From positions 21,135,368 to 21,199,367 of the forward strand of contig NC_068994.1 in the NCBI RefSeq assembly GCF_001194135.2: DNA of 64,000 nucleotides. Reading direction: 5' to 3'. Of this stretch, positions 1-9,588 are shown piece by piece. This stretch comes from Octopus bimaculoides (lineage: Eukaryota). The notes beneath the pieces were generated by a model. The model did not search any database. It had not been told where the DNA came from and worked only from the letters and a program-made list of their open reading frames with translations. Each line of letters begins with the position of its first letter. Within the stretch, counting starts at the first letter, position 1. The translations under genes were made by a program, and so were the position numbers.

Positions 1-514
1 GATTGTTTCAGTTTTGATAGTTTTCTTTTTCTCCTTCCTTTCTTTTTGTATTTGTTGTTGTATTTTCGTAAAGGTTCATAAGAGAAAGTAGGACATAAGA
101 GGAAGTAGGAGTTGAAAGGATTTGTATTAGAAAGAGGAAATTAGATTTTATTAGGGAGAAAATGTTTACTCCTGTAGTTTTACGGATTTTATTCATTATT
201 AGGAAATTTTTGGAGTGAAAAAATGACGCAGTGACCTAACTTATTGTATTTAGAATATTGATTGCGATTGTTTAATTGAAGAAATTTTGAATTGTGTAAA
301 TGTATGAATTTTAAACATACAAACACACAGAGTAGATTTGCCTTTTATAGTATAGATATATACTTACACACATATATGTATACATATATACTCATAAGCA
401 TAATATTTGTACACATATATATACACATATATACGTACACACCCATATATATACACACACACATCCTATGTATATATATATGGATTATATGGATACATAT
501 TGGTACATGTATAC

Positions 515-516
<2 letters not shown>

Positions 517-576
<60 letters not shown>
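517..576. repeat. (GT)n microsatellite
   Basis: Perfect GT dinucleotide run. Confidence 0.95.
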
Positions 577-578
<2 letters not shown>

Positions 579-1006
579 GCCATCTAAAAATCAGTATGTC
601 AGGAAANNNNNNNNNNTGTGTGTGTGTAAGCCATCTAAAAATCAGTATGTCAGGAAAAAATGCATTTGTATATCTGTCAGTAGAGTGGGTATATTAATCA
701 AAGTGTACAGTATTATATACCCATTATGGCTGATCTTACAAGTTGGTTTCACACTACGGGGTTCAAAAGAGTGTAACAGTCTGATCATGTAACCCTGTAG
801 TCTTCAGAGATGGCAGTAATGGTATTAAATATGGCAGAACTAATTGGTAAGATCAGCAGTAATGGATATATATAATACTGTACACTTAGATTAATGTGTG
901 TGTGTGTGTGTGTGTGTGTGCGTGCGTGTGTGTGAATGTGTGTATCTGTGTGTGTATATGTACATATGTGTATGTATATGCATGTACATATGTGTATGTG
1001 TATATA

Positions 1007-1750
1007 TAGGGGGTTGGACAAAGTAATGGAAACACCTTAAAATTTCAAACAAATATATTTTAATATGGGGTAGGGCCACCTTTGGCAGTAATTACAACTT
1101 GAATTCTATGAAGTATGGACTCATACAAAGTTTGAATTGTTTCCAAAGGAATTTTTGTCCATTTTTCAATTAAAACAGTCTCCAGTTCTTGTAGTGATGA
1201 TGGTGGAGGATATCAACTCTTTACTTGTTTTTCTAAAATGCACCATAAATGTTCAATAATATTGAGATCTGGGGACTGTGGTGGCCAGATAAGATGTTCA
1301 ACTTCACTAGAATGTTCCTCGTGCCATTCAGTAACAATTTTAGGTGTGTGAATTGGTGTATTATCATCCTTAAAGATTGTGTTTCCCTCCAGATACAGTT
1401 CCGCAACCGTAGGATGAATTTGATCAGATAAAATGCTTAGTCTTGACTCTTAATTCTGCCATGAAGGGAAACCATTGGGCCAGCATATTTCCAAGATATA
1501 GCCCCTAGATCATCACAGATCCACCTCCATGTTTAACAGTTGGAAGAAGGCAGTCTGGGTCAAATGCTTCTTTTGGCTGTCTCCACATGCATACTCGGTC
1601 AGCGGTTGAAAATAGGGTAAAGGATGATTCGTCCAAGAAAATAACATTCTTCCACTGCTCTAGGGGCCAATTCTGTAGATTTTTACTCCACTCTAAACAC
1701 TTTGCAACATTTGTTTTTGAAAGTAGTAGTTTTCTGATTGCAGCCCTCCT
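1007..1750 (-). mobile_element. Tc1-family DNA transposon, 3' part, degenerate
   Basis: The minus strand encodes IFLDESSFTLF...VKHGGGSVMI(WG), the Tc1 DDE region. The terminus (C/T)AGGGGTTGGACAA sits at a TA. It is closely similar to 23505-24655. Confidence 0.9.
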
Positions 1751-1751
1751 G

Positions 1752-1918
1752 TGAAATCCTGGGTCTCTGTCTTTCACCAGTACCATCCAATTTCAGTGAT
1801 CGGCACTTCTTTATACAGCTGTCTTCATTCATATGTGTCACATATCCAAACCAATGTAATCTTCTCTCTTGCATACTGCATCTGATTCCTCTTATGCCCA
1901 ACTTTTCTCTCAACACAC
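1752..1918 (-). mobile_element. RTE LINE 3' coding fragment
   Basis: Encodes LREKLGIRGIRCSMQERRLHWFGYVTHMNEDSCIKKC, the same region as in the RTE copies at 24657 and 62985. Confidence 0.85.
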
Positions 1919-2175
1919 TATATATATATAAACTTTCTCTCTTCTTTTTTTTTTCTATGATATCTGATTTGCTTCTCCTTCCTTCATTCTAACTATCTAT
2001 ACTGCTCCTGATTACTATCTAAATATAATACTTCATCCAAATGTAAAATTTGTATTTTCTAGTTTCTCTGTCTGAAAAATTTCTACTAGGAAATTCCTTG
2101 CATGTCTATCCAACATGTAAAACTCTGTAATTCCAATTAGCAAATGAAACATGTGTAATGGTGAAATAAATAATC

Positions 2176-2387
2176 CTTTCTACTGGAAGCACAAGACCTC
2201 AAATTTGTGGGGAGGGGTCTAGTCGATTACATTGACCCCAGTGTTCCACTGGTACTTAATTTATTGACCCTGAAAGGATGAAAGACAAAGTCGACCTCAG
2301 CGGACTTTGAACTCAGAACATAGCGGCAGAGGAAATACCACTAAGCATTTCATCTGGCACGCTAATGAGTCTGCCAGCTCACTGCCT
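2176..2387 (-). mobile_element. tRNA-derived SINE, family B
   Basis: Reverse complement of the GGCGGCGAGCTGGCAGA...GTTCAAATT...GGTCGACTTTGCCTTTCATCC...GCCTTGTGCC consensus that recurs in the window. Confidence 0.85.
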
Positions 2388-2434
2388 TTGTGCTGAATGG
2401 TGAAATAAATAATACCAAACAACTGCAGGTTTTG

Positions 2435-2447
2435 TTATATATATATT

Positions 2448-2497
<50 letters not shown>

Positions 2498-2510
2498 TGT
2501 ATGTATGTAT
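2435..2510. repeat. (TA)n/(TATG)n microsatellite
   Basis: Direct inspection; it abuts a SINE family A half copy. Confidence 0.9.
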
Positions 2511-2652
2511 GACAGGCTTCTTTCAGTTTCCGTTTCCCAAATCTATTCACAAGGCTTTGGTCAGTCCCAGACTATAGTAGAAGACATTTACCAGAGGTGC
2601 CACACAGTGGGACTAAGCCTGGAACCAAGCTTCTTACTACACAGACATGCTT
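2511..2652 (-). mobile_element. tRNA-derived SINE, family A, 5' half
   Basis: Matches the reverse complement of the 5' half of the full copy at 47852-48243. Confidence 0.8.
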
Positions 2653-2984
2653 GCTCCTATATATCATGATCATCATTGTTGTCACCATTATCGTTGTTGT
2701 CTATTTTATTGTTTGCATGGCTCATACTGGATTTGTTACAGCAGATTTCCTACAACCAGATACTGTTTCCTGTTGCTAAGCCTCACCTATTTCTATGAAA
2801 GTTAATGTTTCTTTACCATAGAAGACAGGAAATTAACAACATAGCTTGTATGACAGTGACGCCTATTAACAGTCATCACATGATATCAGTACAAACATAC
2901 ACGCAAACACACACACACATATGCACATGCACGCGCACACACACGCGCACACAAATTTATAAAAATATAATGGGTTCTTTTCAG

Positions 2985-3260
2985 TTTCTGTCTTCTGTGT
3001 CTAGATATGTAATGGTCTTCATCCAGAAAAGGGCAAATTTTCTCAACCAGCTCTGATATTCTAACGTCCCCCCCCTCCAACCTCCCATCATCTCTCACCT
3101 CCTCTCTACCGTCTTTGAACCTTTTGTGCCAGCTGAAAAGTTAATCCATATGCAGTCTGGAGCATTTTATAAGTTTCTGTAGTGTTTTTACCCAGTTTAA
3201 GACAAGATTTTATTGCATAGTGAGCATTCAAACATCCCAGCTGCATTCTGCAAACTAGTC
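2985..3260 (-). mobile_element. mariner transposase N-terminal remnant
   Basis: The minus strand gives HYAIKSCLKLGKNTTETYKMLQTAYG and VRISELVEKICPFLDEDHYIS, resembling the mariner HTH region. It is disrupted. Confidence 0.65.
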
Positions 3261-3584
3261 AGCTGTGACAAACAGTGTTTATTAGGGCATATTCAGAATG
3301 TTGTCACAGCAGTTACCTTCAATCTGGAATAATGAAAGTTGGTAGGTCAGCTTATTAGATGTATAGTAATGATATGCGAAAATTACAATAATCTAGGACA
3401 TTTATAACTACCTATTCTAAAAAAGTGAAAATTTGTGAATGCACCTCATGTATATATGTATATATATATAGCTACGACCTTCCTGTACACCTTGTGCATG
3501 CAACCCTTCAGCTTTGAGAGTGCTTGGTCCTATACATGTGGCTATAGGCGATTGCGCTGTGGGACCGGCCACAGTAAAAATAGG

Positions 3585-3755
3585 GAGCAAATGTGTGGCT
3601 ATGTAGTAAGACGCTCACTTCCCAACCACATGGTTCCAGGTTCAGTCCCACTGCATGGCATCTTGGGTAAGTGCTTTCTACAATAGCCTCAGGCTGACCA
3701 AAGCATTTGAGTGGATTTGGTAGAGGAGACTGAAAGAAGCCCATTGTATATCGTG
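3585..3755 (+). mobile_element. SINE family A, 5' half
   Basis: TGTGGCTATGTAGTAAG...GGTTCAGTCCCACTG...GAAAGAAGCCC; ends at the TA tract where the Gypsy fragment begins. Confidence 0.8.
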
Positions 3756-4495
3756 AGGAAGCCTACCGAGCAACGACAGCAGCCGTTCTCGGGCCGGTGT
3801 TTCAAATGTCAGGGACCGCACATGGCAAGGGAATGCGCCGAATCGGGGCCCATCTGCTATCGATGCAGGAAGACTGGGCACATCGCCCGTGATTGCGACC
3901 AGGGAAACGACCGTGGGGAAGTTGCTGCCTCTCAAACTTTCCCCGCAACCAAGTAGAGGCGCTTGTGGAGGCGCAGCCCGTGGTTGAAGTCGAGGCCGAG
4001 GGGAAGAAGTTCAAGGCCCTCATGGACACGGGTTGCACGACTACCCTCATGACGCCAAGGGTGGCGAAGAAATNNNNNNNNNNNNNNNNNNNNNNNNNNN
4101 NNNNNNNNNNNNNNNNNNNNNNNNNNNNNNNNNNNNNNNNNNNNNNNNNNNNNNNNNNNNNNNNNNNGGGACGAGTAGCGTCCGGGCGGTCGACGGTAGA
4201 GAGATCCGTTGCAGGGGCAGCTCCAGTCTGGAGATAGCGTTACCAAGCGCGGCGCTGAGGCTACGGGTGATCGTGATCGACTATGTGATAGACGGGATTG
4301 ATGTCGTGTTGGGGATGGACACCATCAACCGTCTTGGTGGCGTTAGAATTGCGGGAGATGAGGTCACGTTCGGAAGCGTGGGGGCATCGTGTGCCGTGAG
4401 TCGGGACCGCCAGGGAGAGCAGAGCCCCGTCGGGGACAGCGCCGCTTACACCATCGAAGACAAAGATTTTCAGGCGGCGTTTGATGGTCGGAGGT
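3756..4495 (+). mobile_element. Ty3/Gypsy gag(3')-protease fragment
   Basis: Two zinc knuckles (CFKCQGPHMAREC, CYRCRKTGHIARDC), gag stop at 3954-3956, aspartic protease motif ALMDTGC and C-terminal DVVLGMD. GC- and CpG-rich. N gap at 4074-4167; truncated before RT. Confidence 0.9.
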
Positions 4496-4519
4496 GGTTA
4501 TTGTTAAGGTGGAATCAGT

Positions 4520-4730
4520 GGTCACCAGGTTGTTGTTGATGCGCAAGATGAAAGAAGAACAGTGATCAAAGTCATAAAGAAATATTTATTTACCATTACT
4601 TAATATAATACCATGCCTCGACAGGCAGGTGTGTGATATAATATAAGTGGAAGAGCATGCGAGATAAAGGAAGTTAACTTCTTGTATAGTTGGTGTTTGT
4701 GTTCTTATCATTGTATTGTAGTAACCTACA
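4520..4730 (-). mobile_element. Candidate LTR (4531-4730) with PBS (4520-4527)
   Basis: The minus strand runs TGTAGG...AATAAA...CAACA, then a 3-nt spacer, then TGGTGACC, complementary to the tRNA-Trp 3' end (8 nt only). Confidence 0.4.
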
Positions 4731-5310
4731 GATAGAGATGGAGTAAAGTTCTAGAGAAAAGAAAGTGAGCTAGTGAGAGTGAGAGTTGAAGGAAGTTGTG
4801 TTTCATAGTTTCTTTCTTGCTCTGGCTGTTTGTCTTTGGCCATGACTCTAGTTGTCTGTTCCCTAAATGTTGCTCTCACTAACTGATTTTGCCTTACCAA
4901 ATTCTAGTATTTATAACTATCCAAAACTAGCTAGAAGGATAGACATATTGTTGAGAACAATAGATTTCGTTGGAGGTTTGTTATCTCTATTCCAGCTTTT
5001 GGTGGCCTAGAAGAGGGTAGAAGGGTCAAGTGGCAAAAACATCGTTCTGCTTAGCAAAGGCATCTGGCAAATGTAACTGCTGTCACTCACAGAAAAACTA
5101 TTGTTTTACCGTGAGAAAAGTGCTGTTGAACTGTTAAGTGAAATTTGGTTATCGAGGATTGAATTCACGCTATGCCTGCATGAAACCACTACACACACAC
5201 ACACATACACACATATATATCAAATGGATGTCTTATAAAACTATTCCAGACATACAATAACAGCCATACCCACAATCCAACACACCTCCACCATCAGCTG
5301 CCCCACAGAT

Positions 5311-5540
5311 ATGTGTGTGTGTGTGTGTGTGTGTTTGTGTCTGTCTGTGTTTGTCCCCACCACCATCGCTTGGCAACCGATGTTGGTGTATTTACGTCCC
5401 CGTAACTTAGCGATTCGGCAAAAGAAAACGCTAGAATAAGTACTAGGCTTACAAAGAATAAGTCCTGAGGTCGATTTTTTTCGACTAAAGGCGGTGCTTC
5501 AGCATGGCCGCAGTCAAATGACTGAAAAATAAATGAATGA
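5311..5540 (+). mobile_element. SINE family A, 3' half
   Basis: (TG)n, then ...CGTCCCCGTAACTTAGCG...CAGCATGGCCGCAGTCAAATGACTGAAA. Confidence 0.85.
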
Positions 5541-5542
5541 AA

Positions 5543-5544
<2 letters not shown>

Positions 5545-5597
<53 letters not shown>
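5545..5597. repeat. (AT)n microsatellite
   Basis: Direct inspection. Confidence 0.95.
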
Positions 5598-5600
<3 letters not shown>

Positions 5601-5639
5601 TTTTTCTTTTTTTTTTTTAACGTGACACACTCAAGATCC

Positions 5640-5845
5640 ACTAAATCATTACTGGCATATTTCATATGGAAAGTTGAAGAAAATTATTTTTAAAATTAAA
5701 AATTCCGGTAAAAGCAGAAACCTACGTTCAAGCATTTGCATGGTTTTGTTAAAACATTAAATTTTATTTTTAAAAATGCATGACTTATCCAAGTAACCCC
5801 TAAGAGCGCACCGTCGCACCGTGGTTGTCCGTTTGAGAACCCCTG
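5640..5845. mobile_element. hAT (Charlie-type) MITE end
   Basis: Terminal TTTGAGAACCCCTG (reverse complement CAGGGGTTCTCAAA) followed by CTTTACAT. The other end was not found and the left boundary is approximate. Confidence 0.4.
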
Positions 5846-5849
5846 CTTT

Positions 5850-6739
5850 ACATCATAATTCTGTTCAATTAGGCTTGATCTGAAGCTTAACAACGATAGA
5901 ACATAATGTTTTAAGGTAAATTAGCATGGAAAGGTTAATTCCGTTCTTGGTTATTGACTACGATTTGAAATCACAGGTATGAGGAGTAAAAACTTAAAGG
6001 AAATCGAACATTTTCCCGAACTCTGCTCTCCGGTACTTAACTATCGCTCTGAGGATTTATAATTCAAACACTCAACGAAACCATAGAAACTGAAGTCAAC
6101 ATTTGTTTCTATCTGAAAATCTCGATTAATCGTTGCTAAAAATCAACAAATACAGTTCCCTGTAGGCGAATTGTATGAAAAGGCAGGTACAATACTACAG
6201 AAGTTCATTTAGAGGTCTATGTGTTCTTGAAGGGCATGAAGCTTAATGTTAGTAAATTCCGAAATATTACCTAAATAGCCTGCTATCTATGGATTCTGAT
6301 GATAAAAGGTGAGAAAGAAAAGAAAACGAACAAATTTCTTGAGAAAAATGTAGAAATATATAACCTAAGAAATGTATTTTATCGAAGGGCAAAGAGGAAC
6401 GTTTATACCTAATATAATAAACAATATTCAAGCACAGCAAGAAAATGTCACAGGCTAAAGTTTAAGTGCGCTAGTTATGGCGATAAACTTGAACCCTTGG
6501 TACCTACATTTTTCTATAATAGCAAAGTAGTAGAATCTGAGGATATTCCTCTGAATATTTTCTATAATTGAATGTGCCTGGAAATATTTAAACAGGAATA
6601 TTTCTCTTTTTAATACACCGGTTAATTTGACATGCTTTGATCACTAATTCGTTCCTGGGATTCAAATTCGTTCCTACAAAAGAAGAAACAAAAATCCCAC
6701 TTTCCTGTATTTGGGGAAAATCATTCCATCAAAAATATA
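5850..6739 (+). promoter_or_regulatory. Probable ABCB10 promoter/5' UTR region
   Basis: Repeat-free and visibly richer in CpG than the intronic DNA; lies directly upstream of the ATG. No specific motif was identified. Confidence 0.35.
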
Positions 6740-7226
6740 ATGTTTTATGGATCGACAACTTTTCAACTTTGGCGATATGTTCCCAATTGTTCTTCGTCCT
6801 ATGGAGTGAAGTCGGTTCATGAAGGGCAGAAATTATCAATGCACGTTAGCTTTCCAGGGAATTTGACGACTCGAATGTTTAAAACTAATCTCAGTTTAAC
6901 CCGGAAAGCATTCACATTGGGTCCAGGTGGCATGGCATGTTTACTACCCGGACATCTACTGCGAAACAGTGCGACGTGTTTTGGCGTGGGTCGCCGCAAC
7001 ATTTTTCAACAGAATTATAAATTAAAGCAGTGGCCTCCATTAATAAAAAGCCTTAGTACACCTCCCCTGGTGCGAACTTTAGTACTTCGAGGTGGACGTA
7101 ACAGATCATGTTCCACAGTTATCGACAAAAATACTTTTCAGCCCAAAAATTATGCTAAAGTACCACATAGATCGGACTTAAAAAGATTGCTGGGACTCGC
7201 GAAAGGAGAAAAATGGAAGATATTCG
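6740..7226 (+). CDS. ABCB10: ABCB10 exon 1: long basic mitochondrial presequence through [17 protein letters not shown]
   Basis: ATG at 6740, donor G|GTAAGG at 7226/7227, phase 1. One acidic residue in the first 128 aa. The true start codon is inferred. Confidence 0.85.
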
Positions 7227-9541
7227 GTAAGGAAAACATTTTTAAAATCCAATTAAATTCCAAATCACATAGGATCTTATATATATTAAATATGATTTAT
7301 CATAATTTTATCACTGTTATGATAGGACCTGCTTATAACACATTCATTTTTTCCGGAATTTAATTGTATTAGCTATTGATGTGATTTTAAAATTGCGATT
7401 TCAAAACAGCTAAACAAAACTTTTCATCTATAAGGGATTCTTCAGGCTATTACAGAATAAAACTTTAACCATCTAACACGCTCGGACTGTACCATCCACT
7501 AGGCTAGGTCATTGGAATAATCTCAATCTAATGCAGAATCTGTGGGAATCTCTGATGTTTATGAAGAAAATTTAAACGGTAAACGTAAAAATTTGTTTCA
7601 GTAAACTCTGAAGATCCACCTTTATGTTTCATGTCTAGCTAAAAACTCTGTAAAAGTGTCCTACACTAGGTTACTGTCAGCTGGCCATTTGATTACACCT
7701 CCTTCACAATCTAAGACATTTTCTGTTATTCAATTTAGATTTATTTGTTTGGCTACTAAATGTCCTCTAGTGGAAGAAAATGTCATCTGTCAAAATTTAG
7801 CCAATCAACTCAGTCAGGAAATATATCCAAAAGCAGGTAATGTTTCCATGGCAAATTCTAACTTACAGCACAGATTAATTGATTTTGTACCATTAAAATA
7901 TCTATTAAAAAAATTTGTTTATATAAAATGTAGAATTGCTTGTTCTATCACAACTTTGTACTGATGTGATTCATGGTATAGCTTTTTTGAAATTGCATAA
8001 TAGAGTTATTTTTTAAGGCCCATAAATTGTTTTAACTTTGAGTTTGTGGCATGCACTAATGATATCAGATGAGTGGAAGTGAGCAGTCAAGAGACATGAA
8101 GGGAAGCGAAAGGAGAAGTGACATCAAGTGAAGAAAAAGAAGACTTGAGTAGCCTCTTTTGGACTGAGGGTGTTGACTAAAATAGATATGTGGTAGGGGT
8201 TTCTGCATGTTGTAGCTTCAGGCCAGTGGTTGGGATAGTGAAGGTCTCTGAGTTGCTTAGCAAGTTCAAGTTGTCAAGTGAGGAGTTCCTTTCAAAGTCA
8301 TTCCCAGAAATTAAAGTAAGACAATTTTTGTCCTTTATACTAAAAGCTCCTTTGGTTCCTTTCACTTTTGTCAACATTTGACACGGTAATGAAAGAAGGA
8401 TTGGCAACGATGTTCTCAAGTTTTTTTCCAGCAAAAATGAGGTAGCCTGAATCAAAAGAACAAGATTTGTCACTAAATTGCAGGTTAAACAAGATGTGAT
8501 AAGTCTCATGGCACTGTAACTGGAAGGAAGCAAGCTGAATATATATCTATGGAGTCAGAGCAGAAACTTGAGGAACAATTAAAAGATATGTACGTGGAAG
8601 ATGTGTACAAGATATACAGCAAATAGCAAATAGCATGGTGAGAGGAGTGAAACTGGTGTTTGTGACTGGTTTCTGCAACTGTATCTTGATGAAGCTGCAG
8701 AGATGATAACAGTGGGCAACTTGATGAACAGAACAAGAGTACAGATGCAGAAAACACCCATGATGCTGTGACAATAGCAACAGTGGGATCCAGTAAAGTG
8801 GAGCAGCAAAGACTGGAGAAAGGAAGAAAGCAGACTTTCAAGTAATATTGCTTCAGACATTGAAGTATGCATATAGTCAGGAACTGTAAGAGCCAAAGCT
8901 CATAATCATCTCACATCAGCCTATGTTCTTCTCAATTCACTTACATGCATTGTTTTTTTTTTTTTTAACAAATTAACACAGTGAATCTAATAGACAGTCA
9001 CCACACTCATCTCACACCATTTGTTGCATGTCCTCTACATTCACTGTTCATGTGTCGGTGTTGACTTCAAACAAATTTTTTCTTTTCTTTGTAGGAGCCA
9101 TCACATTTCTATTAGTGTCCAGTACTGTGACAATGTCAGTGCCATTTTGTATTGGCAAGGTGGTAGACATCATAAACTCTGCCTACAAGGATGGAGATGT
9201 TATGAGTAAATTGAATGTGATGTGTCAATCTCTTATGGTTATCTTTTTGATTGGTGGCTTGGCCAATTGTGGACGTGTCTATTTAATACAAGTTTCAGGT
9301 ATGTGTTTTGGCAAATAAAAATTCTTATATTTTTTCTTCTGAGGATGGAAGTAGTAAGATAGATGAAATTAATGGAATAGTGCAAAGGCTGACTCTACAA
9401 TAAGAGTTTATTCAGTCTCCTCTACCACATCAATATCAACATTAATGAATTGCTAGAGTAAATAATTGTCTTTAATAAAGCAAATCATTTAAATGTGAAG
9501 TAAGATTTGTTTGTCATTTCTCAACTAACTAAAATGCAAGG

Positions 9542-9588
<47 letters not shown>

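Noticed and set aside
577-657. 30-bp sequence repeated on both sides of a 10-N gap
   Set aside because: This is a typical contig-overlap artefact at a scaffolding gap.
292-1079. ORFs with CVCVCV, HTHTHT or YIYIYI runs (also near 2362-2669, 5294-5665, 18182-18460 and 28913-29128)
   Set aside because: These are translations of microsatellites, not genes.
3756-4495. Possible bacterial contamination or insertion (high GC and CpG)
   Set aside because: CCHC zinc knuckles, a retropepsin motif and a gag/pro overlap identify a eukaryotic LTR retrotransposon.
5850-6739. Divergent head-to-head gene sharing the ABCB10 promoter
   Set aside because: No recognisable minus-strand exon or ORF was found between 1 and 6700 other than transposon remnants.
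7227-7363. ORF 6740-7363 read as a standalone 207-aa protein
   Set aside because: The true exon ends at the GT donor at 7227; the remainder is intron read-through.
8040-8900. Possible ancient LINE ORF1 remnant ([22 protein letters not shown]) or a nested gene in ABCB10 intron 1
   Set aside because: Many stops in all frames, no splice-consistent model, and similarity too weak to call without a search.
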